A stretch of 63,188 bases of DNA, the filler included, from Octopus bimaculoides (Eukaryota), in NCBI RefSeq assembly GCF_001194135.2. It is 3 parts of 3 records of this genome, joined end to end, with 100 filler letters (N's around TTAATTAATTAA, not from the genome) between each part and the next. Parts side by side here need not be neighbours in the genome. Positions count along the whole stretch, not along the records: positions 19,167 to 44,300 come from NC_068981.1; 2 more parts are not named here. One strand, 5' to 3'. The position numbers and the translations under genes were made by a program. A model generated the notes under the pieces. That model did no database searches and was not told the DNA's origin. It was given only the letters and a program-made list of their open reading frames with translations. How positions within the stretch are numbered: position 1 is the stretch's first letter; every line of letters begins with the position of its first letter. This document shows positions 27,141 to 37,755 of the stretch, piece after piece.

Positions 27141-28032
27141 AATTCAGGGTTACGAAAGGATTTTAACATTCGTATATATTCATACTTCTCAAATTTAAAT
27201 ACAAGAATATTTTTTTAGAATATGTTATCTTCAGATTCTTTTAAGTCAGCCTGTATAAACAGTTTTCGGTATGCCAGCCGAGAATACACACATTAAATGT
27301 GAGCATGTCCTGTTATTGTTAATGGTTGTATGCTTCTACTCTTCTCAATGATTCTTTCCTTTTAATACTTGATTGGTTTACTCTAGTCTGTAGATTGCAC
27401 CTATACTTATAATTTTAATCATTCTGTTTAGTGGTTTGTTTATATAATTGTTATTTGACTTTCAGACAGTATTAATTCATTTTAATACTACATGTTTTCT
27501 TAATCATAAGATGACCTAGTTTGTAGAAGGTTTTGTCGACTAATTTAACGTTATTATCTATTCATATATTTACTACTATTTTGTTTTGTAAAATTACATT
27601 TTTCGTTGTCATTTTTGGCAAAATAAATTAAAATAACCATAACAAGACCAACAACAATTATTATTGAAGGCGAATCCCACCATAATATACTCTACCATTT
27701 TCCCATTCGGGATCGATAGAATAAGTACCAATCAAAAACCGAAATTGATCCAATTTGTTATACCTTACCCTCAAAATGTGTGAATCTGCATCCATTTTGT
27801 AAATCATTATTATAACAGCACCAGGAGGCGCTATAGTACATTTGGTAAGACTATGTAATAAGTTGAGACTCGTACAAGCTAGAGATTACTTCTCGTCAAT
27901 TAAGCTGCTAAAGCCGCTGGAAAAGACATGAATAAACTCGCTTCATTTTCTTCTTGTCAATAAGCTTCTATACTTTGCCAAAAATGGAGACCAATACGAA
28001 TTCAAATTATGCTGAAATTACGTTTGTATTTC

Positions 28033-28053
28033 ATTGTTTGGAAGATGTAATTT

Positions 28054-28085
<32 letters not shown>

Positions 28086-28144
28086 TGTATGTATGTATGT
28101 ATGTATGTATGTATCTATGTATAAAATTACATCTTCCAAACAAT
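28033..28144. repeat. Perfect 25-bp inverted repeat flanking a (TATG)n tract
   Basis: attgtttggaagatgtaattttata (28033-28057) and tataaaattacatcttccaaacaat (28120-28144). Confidence 0.9.
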
Positions 28145-28173
28145 ACAAGTAAAAGAGTAAAAGAGTATATATA

Positions 28174-28209
<36 letters not shown>

Positions 28210-28249
28210 TGTATGTATGTATGTATGTATGTATCTATGTATGTATTTT

Positions 28250-28438
28250 AAATTGCTTCAGTCATTAGACTGCGACGACGCTGGAACCCCGCCTTAAAGA
28301 ATGTTTAGTCGAATGAATCGACCCAAGTACTTATTTTTTAGAGCCTGGTACTCATTCTATCGGTGTCCTATGTCGAACCGCTTAGTTACGAGAATTTAAA
28401 CGCATTAACGCTGATTGTCAAGTGGTGGTGAGGGACAA

Positions 28439-28489
<51 letters not shown>

Positions 28490-28540
28490 TATGGCGGGCT
28501 TCTTTCAACGGGACTGAACCGGGAACAATGTGGTTAACCA
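28250..28540 (-). mobile_element. SINE family B copy
   Basis: cagtcattagactgcgacgacgctggaaccccgcc...gggctctttcaacgggactgaaccgg. Confidence 0.75.
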
Positions 28541-29743
28541 ACAAAGTGTGTTTTGACGATTGTAAACAATACATCTATACAATAGGTTCATTGATTGGAA
28601 AGACAGAACAGTTGTATGTACGTTTCGATTCTTTTTGGAATCGTCGTCAATGTGATTTTTCTTTTTTTTTTTGAGCCACTGTTGGACCTCTGTTGGACCA
28701 CTGTTGAACTACTGTTGAACCCCGCTATATAGAAATATTTCGATGTCAGAAGTTATTGATTCCCTGGTCTGGTGAATGACCAAATTTATAAGTGTTTGTC
28801 CGCTGAAGACATAGATCTTGTGATCACTATGCCCTTCACAGACTATTAACTTTTATAAATTTCATGTTATATGCCCCTTTATTTTTAATGTTGCACTGGA
28901 TTTATGGGGTTTAACCGACCAGTGATTTGGCCACCTCTGCAGACAAACCAACGGGATGGTGATACGGTTCAGGATCGAATCACCCAATTATCGTTGGATG
29001 TCGTTTGATGACATTTGGTCCTCCTGACCAAGCTCAGTTCACTTTGATAGGTGGAAAAGAGGCACATTTTTCTAGGTGTTATTAATAATATATATATGTA
29101 TGTAAGTAAATGCATGTATATATATATATATNNNNNNNNNNATGTATATATATATGTATGTATATGTGTATATATATGTATGTATGTATATTTGAGATAC
29201 AACATAGCGTTGTCTAGAACGATTTCAATGATATAATGCTTAATTTATAACCTTCGAATCATTTGGTTAAAGCAACACGAAACCACTTTAGCTTATATTG
29301 CTGTCAAATATCACTATGCACGTAGATTTTCAGTGGTTATCCAGCAACTTAATATGTTATGGGACTAAACACTCTATATAATTGCACATAAATAAATGAA
29401 TAAAACAATAGACAAAATATATTTTTAAAAAAATGAAACGCCAAATTGAGTTATCTCCAAAGTATTCTCTAACGGCCTTGCATTAAAGATCAGAGAAAAA
29501 TTATATTTAAGATAAGTAGAGAAAATAAGATTTTCATTTCTTCCCTTTGTACTTTCTGTAACACGACAACCTTGTCTATCAGAAATCGTAAACAATATCA
29601 TAGAGGTTAGTAGCATCTCTGAGTGTTAAATTATCGAAACGTTATTTTGTTTGAATTAAACATTTACAGAGAATATATATATATATATTTCTATATATAA
29701 GTAAATAAGACGGCGGAATTCCATGATATATAACTTTAGAAAT

Positions 29744-29870
29744 TCTTCTTCTTCTTCTTCTTCTTCTTCTTCTTCTTCTTCTTCTTCTTCTTCTTCTTCT
29801 TCTTCTTCTTCTTCTTCTTCTTCTTCTTCTTCTTCTTCTTCTTCTTCTTCTTCTTCTTCTTCTTCTTCTT

Positions 29871-29938
<68 letters not shown>

Positions 29939-29955
29939 CATTATTATTGTTATTA
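29744..29955. repeat. (TTC)n then (TTA)n microsatellites abutting the 3' end of a minus-strand R4 element
   Basis: Directly visible; reads (TAA)n(GAA)n on the element strand. Confidence 0.95.
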
Positions 29956-30247
29956 TTTCTCTCTTTACCACAGGTTTTATTGGAGCTCCTGGAGTCTTGC
30001 ATGCGTAACGGGATAACCACCTACAGCCTACGATACCATACTATTCGTTTTTTTTCAGCTATCTAATACTTTCCTGACTTTTCTGGCCGTGCCAAGGAGG
30101 CAAAACTTTTGTAATAGTTCTACTGGATACTGTATCCCAATTTCCTTCATATTTCTCTTGATGCCTTCTGATACTGTTCCCAAGGACCCAACAATAATTG
30201 GCACTTCTTAATTTTTCATAGCGGGGTTATTTCGCACTTAAGAGGGT

Positions 30248-30308
<61 letters not shown>

Positions 30309-30538
30309 TCACCTTCCCTCTTGACTATTCGTGAGTCAAAGGTACATGCAACCTCAGCTACATAGCATATGTGATGCACCCTGTCTACCACCACTAGGTC
30401 CAGTCTGCTATGCTCTATCAACTGATCTGTTTGGATTGGGAAATCCCAGAGGACTTTTCTAGTCTCCGACTCTACTATTCTCTGTGGCTTGTGCGCATAC
30501 CACGTCTTGCTTCTCTCTAGCCTCCACTTTTCGCACAG
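29956..30538 (-). mobile_element. R4/Dong-clade retrotransposon 3' segment (RLE domain + 3'UTR), interrupted by (TCTA)n
   Basis: Minus translation LCEKWRLERSKTWYAHKPQRIVESETRKVLWDFPIQTD...HSRLDLVVVDR...EVACTFD... and VPIIVGSLGTVSEGIKRNMKEIG...ELLQKFCLLGTARKVRKVLDS* (stop 30055-30057). Confidence 0.85.
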
Positions 30539-31465
30539 GAACTACAAGAGAAGACATACAAACCTGAACATGGCATTGGTTGACTATCGCAAAGCATACG
30601 GTATGATACCACATTCTTTGATAATGAGAACAACGGAAATGTATAGAGTAGCAGAGAATATGACACGCCTTATATGGAATAACATAAAATACTGGAGAAC
30701 GGAATTGACAACAGAGAAGCAAGTACTAGGAAAGGTGAAAATCAAGAGAGAAATCTTCCAGGGGGACAGTGATATTTGTGCTGGGAATGATCTCCTTGAG
30801 TGAAATACTACAGAAAACAAAGTCGGGGTATGGTCTGGGAAGAGGTAAGTGAAAAGTTGTTGTTGTTGGCACTCCGTCGCTTACGACGTCGAGGGTTCCA
30901 GTTGATCCGATCAACGGAACAGCCTGCTCGTGAAATTAACGTGCAAGTGACTGAGCACTCCACAGACACGTGTACCCTTAACGTAGTTCTCGGGGATATT
31001 CAGCGTGACACAGTGTGACAAGGCTGACCCTTTGAATTACAGGCACAACAGAAACAGGAAGTAAGAGTGAGAGAAAGTTGTGGTGGAAGAGTACAGCAGG
31101 GTTCGCTACTTTCCCCTGCCAGAGCCTCGTGGAGCTTTAGGTGTTTTCGCTCAACACACACAACGCCCGGTCTGGAAATCGAAACCGCGATCTTATGACC
31201 GCGAATCCGCTGCCCTAACCACTGGGCCATTGCACCTCCACTAAGTGAAAAAGTAAACCACTTGCTATTTCTGGACAACCTGAAACTATTCACAAGAACT
31301 GAGACAGAACTGGACCGCTTAGTCCAGTCTGTGCGGATTTTCTCCAATGATATTAAGATGGAGACTAGACTCTCAAAATGTGCTACGGTAGTAATGAGAC
31401 GAGGAAAGCTTGCCAGGACAGAAGGCATATGGTTGACAAGTGGTGAAATGATAAATGCCCTCGTT
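30537..31465 (+). mobile_element. R4/Dong-clade RT fragment, inverted relative to the adjacent 3' segment and split by a SINE
   Basis: RNYKRRHTNLNMALVDYRKAYGMIPHS...KIKREIFQGDS, resuming after the SINE as EKVNHLLFLDNLKLF...SKCA (the LLFMDDLKL motif of R4 RTs). Confidence 0.9.
30856..31241 (-). mobile_element. Full-length SINE family C inserted in the R4 RT, with TSD
   Basis: taagtgaaaa at 30846-30855 and 31242-31251; (CAA)n tail; near-identical to 3220-3609. Confidence 0.92.
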
Positions 31466-31471
31466 CCTAAC

Positions 31472-31543
31472 GGGCATATGGCGTAGTTGGTTAAGAGCGC
31501 GGGCTACTAACCCCAAGATACCGTGTTCGATTCCAGGCAGTGA

Positions 31544-31579
<36 letters not shown>

Positions 31580-31635
31580 TAATAATAACAACAACAACCA
31601 CAAAAAATACCTTAGGAATGAGAACCCAGTTTAAG
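31472..31635 (+). mobile_element. Short tRNA-derived element with (TAA)n tract
   Basis: A-box tggcgtagttggttaagagc, B-box gtgttcgattcc, then aat/aac repeats. Confidence 0.65.
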
Positions 31636-33000
31636 AAATTCACTTCGCATCACGTGCTTCCAGATTTGCTATCATTTTACATTACCGTGAGTAAATGTCT
31701 TCTTCAATAATCCGGGGTTGCCGTTACCTACTGAATGAAATTTGGCAGATGGAAATTGTGAGTGCATGTGAATGTGTGAGTGCATGTAGATGTGTGTGTG
31801 CGCGTGCATGCGTCTGTGTTTATGTGTAGAGGTTCTAAAATTATTTTCTTATTATACTGAGTCCCTACGTCTCTGTAACTTAACGAGTCAACAGAATTCA
31901 TTGGGGGCCATATTGACGACTAAAACCTGATCCGGTGGTACTCCAGCACAGTCGCAATCCAATGACTGAAACCAGTTAATGTACTGTTGACTCATGTCGG
32001 TGCTTGCTGCTATCGTTTTTGTTGTTGTCACTGCTACCAATGTCGTTGTTATTGCTCCTACCTATAGTTTAGTTAGTTATGTATAACTTTATGCACATAC
32101 GTAGATGGAATTTTGGTGCCTGATGTCTTTGAAACATTGCATCATGTCGTGGAATGAATTGTAGTGTAGTAGAGTAAAAGTGTAGAGTATATGGTACTTA
32201 TCTATAAGAGCAGTATAGAATTCAATCTAGTGTAATATTTGGAGTGGTAAACACGTGTAGCACTACCACTAGATGCTTTTCTGTAATTTGGTTTTGTCTT
32301 CTTAATTGGTTATTCAAGTCCTGCCTTGTTTCATTATGATTTTAATCTCCTGAGGTCGATAAACTAAGTATCTGACCTGTACTATTTTTGATTCAATCAA
32401 CTATACATCATATTTCGAATTCATGGTCTTATTAAGAAAATCAATATTTTCACGCTTCAGGTGGAAGTTAGCTAATTAAGCTACTTAATTCCAATATTTG
32501 AGTGTTTCTGTATTAACAGTAGAAGTGTTATCCTTCCGTCTGGCACTACACCAATGTTGGATCGTTGTCAGAACCATGCTACTGCTGTTGCTGGTACGGT
32601 TGTTATAGAATTAAGCCTCACTTTTAGTCTGTCTCACTGGGATTTGAACCGGTGGTCGCAGAATATGATACTCTACAAGTGAACAGACAACTTGCATACA
32701 AGAAACAATTCTGTTGTAAAGACAATTAGTGAAACAAATCAAACATTTGAATGCAAATAAAGAAAATTTAATATAAAAACAATAGAATTCTTTTATGAGA
32801 GAATCGTTTTGTTTTTCTCTCTGTTTTTGTGTCTGTTTTTATTTTTACTGAATCATTTCATGGTCATCGAGTCCTAAAAATATCATCACTGGTATTACAA
32901 CAGCAACAAAACAAAGAAGACTGGAAAATGAAAACAAATAAATGAATAAACGATTGCTACACTGCCATCGACACCTTCGTCACTGCTGCAGCAAAAAATT

Positions 33001-33014
33001 GTTGCCATAGCAAC
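33001..33014. promoter_or_regulatory. RFX X-box motif
   Basis: GTTGCCATAGCAAC matches the canonical 14-bp X-box palindrome; a CRE half-site (CGTCA) lies 8 bp downstream. Confidence 0.5.
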
Positions 33015-33880
33015 AAGCATACGTCAGCATCAGATATTCAAATTCATGGAGAAGATGTTTGCAGATTTTCTCTTTCTTTCTTGTAGCTAATCAATTCAAT
33101 TCAATTTTTACTCTTTTTACTTCCCTATGTTAGAACATCTTCCTCATGTAATTTCTCATCCCTGTTCTCTTCACCCCCACACACACTTTCTAAAGTTTTC
33201 GTCTTCTGTATTTCCTTTTCCTCTTATTTTCTTCTTTTCCTTCTTAATAACATCCTATTTCCGTTACTCTTGATTATATCTGCCACATCTTTTTCCTTTA
33301 AAATATGTATAGCTCTATTTTCTTCTCCACCTTTTACAAGATTCCTTCACATTTCAGCGACTTTTGGCAGATATGAGGGAAAAAAATGAAAAAGGATAAA
33401 AAACCAACATACACTCACAAAAATACCCAACAAACAAAAACCAGCAAAAAGAAATAGAAGAAAACCAAATCAAAGGAAAGCCATTAATTTTGCAGATCTT
33501 TTAACCTTTTTTTAATTCTTGTTCTACATTTTCTGAAAAAAAAAAAGAAAAAAAGAAACGAAATAAAAAAAACATCGTTACTTTATGAAGAAAATCGACT
33601 CTTCATTTATCAGAAATAGAATATTTCTAATATATAATGAAAAAGGTAAGTGCTGTAGATAATTTTCCTGTAAGATAGAGCTGTGAAAAAGTTTCAATTC
33701 TTCGTTAAAGCTAAGACACTTCGCTTAGATCATTAATGTGCTTGGTAAAGCAATCAACATCCTAATTTCCTTAAAACTTTTTGAGTGGCTAAGCACTGTA
33801 AATGAAATATGCTACTGTTGATGTAGGTGTTATAACTGCTCATGTAAATAAGTTTATTTAATAAGTAGATGAACTATATT

Positions 33881-34095
33881 GATTTCAAATTTTGGAACAA
33901 TGCCAGCAAGTTCGAGGAGTGGGGTTAGCCGATTACATCAACCCAATACCCAACTGGTACTTATTTTATTGACCTCGAAAAGATGAAAGCTAAAGTCAGC
34001 CTCGACAGAATTTGAATACAGAATGTGAAGACAGACGAAATGCCACTAAGCATTTCGCCCGGCGTGCAAACAATTCTCCCAACTTGCCGCCTTAA
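33881..34095 (-). mobile_element. SINE family A copy
   Basis: Reverse complement of the family A consensus, ending cttgccgcctt. Confidence 0.85.
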
Positions 34096-34126
34096 AGTAG
34101 ACAGAATATATTAATATGTAAACTTG

Positions 34127-34322
34127 AAGGAGGCGAGCTGGCAGAATGGTTACCGTGCCGGACAAAATGCTTAGCGGCATTTTGCACGTCTTTACATTCT
34201 GAATTACCTTTCATCCTTTTCGGGATCGATAAAATAAGTACCAGTTGAGCACTGGGGTCGATGTAATCGACTTAACCCCTTGCCCCAAACTTGCTGGCCT
34301 TGTGCCAAAATTTGAAACCAAT
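34127..34322 (+). mobile_element. SINE family A copy
   Basis: gaaggaggcgagctggcagaatgg...cctttcatcctttt...gtaccagttgagcactggggtcgatgtaatcg. Confidence 0.85.
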
Positions 34323-34989
34323 ATGTACTCTTGAATAATGGAGTAGCTTTCCTTTGCTTGTTATGAAGCAGGCCGATGATTAAAGCTTTTCCAGACTTGA
34401 CTGTACGCTCAATTCTCTGGGACATTGCATCCTGGATCACAATATCTAACGTGTCATTATTTTCTAAGACGATATGTTGTGATTTGAGAAAGACTCGGTT
34501 GCTATTTCTAGCAGGTTGAACGATTGCATAGAAACCACATTGTTAGTTCCTGCGTAACGAAGTAGTGTGGTAGTCCAAAAGTGTGTAGAATCGAATATAT
34601 TTGTCTATAAGGGCGTCGTCCGTTGAAACGTTTCATGTTGACAGAAATTTACTTGACTCTCATCACTAATACCCAGCAGAAGGGCAGAAGGTTATGCAAT
34701 CTAATTTCTTTCAGCTATAAATTTCTAATATTGCGCCAAAGAGGAAAAAAAATCAATATTTTATGAATGTTTTATCTCTCCTTGTTCTATCATTCCATAA
34801 TTTTATTTTTACATTATCACCCTTACCAAAGGATGGCTTACTCTGCTTATCCAAATTTGCAGGACGTCAAGCAATTTAGAGATATCTTCACTTAAATATT
34901 GGAATATAACAGAGTGTCAATTATATAGCAACTCTACACAAGTGGGTGTATATGTTTGCCCATGTTATCATTAATATTGGAATATATAT

Positions 34990-35475
34990 TGAGCTGACAG
35001 AATCGTTAGCACGTCAGGCAAAATGCTTAGCGGCATTTCGTCCGTCTTCATGTTCTGAGTTCGAATTCCGCCAAAGTCGATTTTGTCTTTCATCATTTCA
35101 GAGTCGGTAAAATAAATACCAGTTGATCACTGGTACCGATGTAATCGACTTACTCCGATCCCGAAATTTCTGGCCTTGTACCAAGATTTGAAATCAATTT
35201 GAAGCCAATATTAGAATATATTAGAGGCGGCGAGCTGTTAGAATCGTTGGCATACCGGGCAAACTGCTTAGCGGCATATCATCCGTCTCTACATTCTAAG
35301 TTCAAATTCCGCTGAGGTTGACTTTGCCTTTCATCCTTTCTAAGTCTATAAAATAAGTACCAGTTGAAATGGTAAAGTACCAGTTGAACTGATAAAATAA
35401 GTACCAGGTCGATTTAATCAACTTGGTCCTTCCCACAAACCTGTTGGCCTTGTGCCAAAGTTCGACGCCAATATT
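34990..35475 (+). mobile_element. Two tandem SINE family A copies (about 34990-35195 and 35222-35475)
   Basis: Two successive gagctg...gttagca/gttggca...gagttcgaattcc/aagttcaaattcc...tttcatc units. Confidence 0.8.
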
Positions 35476-35874
35476 AGAATATATTTACAGAAGCATGCAT
35501 ATTTGTTTCTAAATGTTTAATTCTGTGTAGTGTTAAACATAAACTTTTATGAGATATCTGCTGAACTCTACGTTCAGGTTCGCAAGGAATGCTGAAGATA
35601 TATGGACCCTACAAAAGAGCAATTAGTGGTGACACAGACTATGATCGTATGTCACAAGGACTCTACAATCAGATGGATGGCAAACATATGAATCAAAGAA
35701 AGGAGCACAAAAACTATCTTAAAAAGCTTTTTAAAAAGGTCTTAAAAAAGGTCTTAAAGGTCTTTGAATTAAAAATAAGAATTATTTCAGAGTAAGTATT
35801 ACGTGAAGATAGTTCAATACATGAATTATGTGCTCATACACTAATGCCTAATTAGGGCAACTACTCTTTTCTTG

Positions 35875-36190
35875 TATCTTTATCTTTTACTTGTTTCAGT
35901 CATTAGACTACAGCCATTGATGAATTTTTAATCGAACGAATCGACCCCAGTATTTTATTAAGACTGACAATTTTTCTATCGGTTCTCTTTTGCCGAACCG
36001 CTAAGTCACGAAAACAAAGCAACACCGGTTGTCAAACGGTGGTTGGGGCCAAACGCAGACACAAAGACACACACACACACCCATATACATATACATATGT
36101 ATATATACGACTGGCTTTTTTCAGTTTTCGTCAACCAAATTCACTCATAAATTCTGTTCAGTTAGAAGACATTTGCCAACCGGCTACTAT
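35875..36190 (-). mobile_element. SINE family B copy (head missing)
   Basis: tcttttacttgtttcagtcattagac...gccgaaccgctaagtcacg...cagttttcgtcaaccaaattcactc. Confidence 0.8.
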
Positions 36191-36245
36191 AACACAAACA
36201 GAATTAGAGTTTCGCTTTTGATCTAAAAAATGAGTAAAGCTTTTT

Positions 36246-36356
36246 GCATTGATGCCGTCGAGAGGTAGGCCCCGAAACGGTGCGCATTCTCTCTTGATGA
36301 CAGGATACACTTGCTGGCTTCCGGTATGCGAAGTTCTCGACTGGTAGCACTTGCAT
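36246..36356 (+). mobile_element. Solo 3'UTR fragment of the HERO-like element
   Basis: gcattgatgccgtcgagaggtaggccccgaaacgg...ggtagcacttgcat aligns with 52269-52379. Confidence 0.8.
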
Positions 36357-36669
36357 CTGTATCTGGGCAGTCATTTTAGAGTATCAAAGCAGAGTATATT
36401 TTGAATACAACTATCATGTATTTAGAAGAAATTTTGTATTAATGAATTCGTCTACATTTCCAGTTTAAAAATCTTGAAAATCCTACCAAATTATTAAATT
36501 GACGTCAGTAGAAATGACTTATGTTGTATAGCTTTCGAACTTGAAAATTATAGTCTAACGACCACATGACCTTAATTCTTAACTATAGTACAACTACAGA
36601 ACTTCAACACATTCAGCATCTTTAGGTTGTACTCCATGCAAGAAATTTTCCTGAGAATCCATTTATTTT

Positions 36670-37755
36670 TGGCGAGCTAGCAGATTATTAGCACACCGGA
36701 TAACATACTGAGTGGCATTTCATTGAACTTTACGTTCTGAGTTCAAATTCCACCGAGGTCGATTTAACTTTTCATCCTTTTTGGGTTAAGCACTGAGGTT
36801 GATGTAATCGACTATCGCCCACCCTCAAAATTTCAGGCCTTGTGCTTCTAGTTGAAAGAATTATTGAACATACATCAAGTAGCAGATCAACATTGGTTGC
36901 CACGTTTGATATACGATGATCAGCACAGACTGATAGATGGAAGGGAAAATAAAGTTGTATTATTTTTTATTTTAATGATATGAAGGCGTGTGATAAGAAC
37001 CGTCAAATCAAAATAAATTCTGCTGGTCTTGCATGTAATGTATGCAAGGATTTCTGGATGCACCATTGTTGTCGAATAGCCCCTCACTCCACCGAAAGGA
37101 TTATCATATTGGGTATATAGTGATTTAAAATTTTGGCACAAGGTCAGCAATTTCAGTGGAGTGGGTAAGTCCATTATATTGACCCCTGTGCTTAACTAGT
37201 ACTTATTTTAATCGACCCCGAAAGGCTGAAAGGCAAAGTCAACCTCGATGAAATCTGAACCCAGAACGTAAAGACGGACGAAATGCCGCTAAGCAATTCT
37301 GTCCGCCTCATATTGGGTATATATAAAATAATTTCATTATTTATGTCGACAGAATCATTAGAGTGATGGACAAAAAGAAAAAAATGCCTTGCGGTTTTTG
37401 GTCCGGCTCTCTACAGTCTGCGTTCAAATCCCACTAAGGTCAACTTTGCCTTTCATCCTTTCGAGATCAATAAATAAAGTAGCAGTAAAGTACAGGGGTA
37501 GATATAATGGGTTATTCCCTTCCCCACAAATTTCTGGCCTTCTGTCTATGTTAGAAAATTAATGGTAGTGGATTGGTTGAATCTTTATAGCATCGCAGAA
37601 GATGCTTCGTGATATTTGAACCGGCTCTTTGAGTTATGTTCAAATATTGCCTAAGTGAACTCCCAGGGTCGATAAAATAGCGTACCATTCAAGTACTAAG
37701 GTTCATTTAATCGACTAATTATCTCACTCCAAACTGCAGGCCTTGTGTCTGTGTC
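36670..37755. mobile_element. Cluster of four SINE family A copies (about 36670-36865 +, 37120-37310 -, 37340-37560 +, 37570-37755 +)
   Basis: Each carries recognisable gagttcaaat / gaggtc / cctttcatcc / atcgac / ggccttg remnants. Confidence 0.7.

Noticed and set aside
28676-28722. Four 11-12-bp ctgttg(g/a)acc repeats as a CRISPR-like array
   Set aside because: No spacers, units too short, eukaryotic context; an ordinary minisatellite.
29608-29645. ctctgagtg...tcgaaacgtta as another hammerhead
   Set aside because: The core and stems are too degraded to distinguish from chance.
29642-30020. Poly-Arg / poly-Lys / poly-Ser 'proteins'
   Set aside because: These are reading frames of the (TTC)n and (TTA)n tracts.
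16726-36507. Full CRE palindromes TGACGTCA at 16726-16733 and 36500-36507
   Set aside because: One or two hits of an 8-mer in 63 kb is near chance expectation; no independent support.
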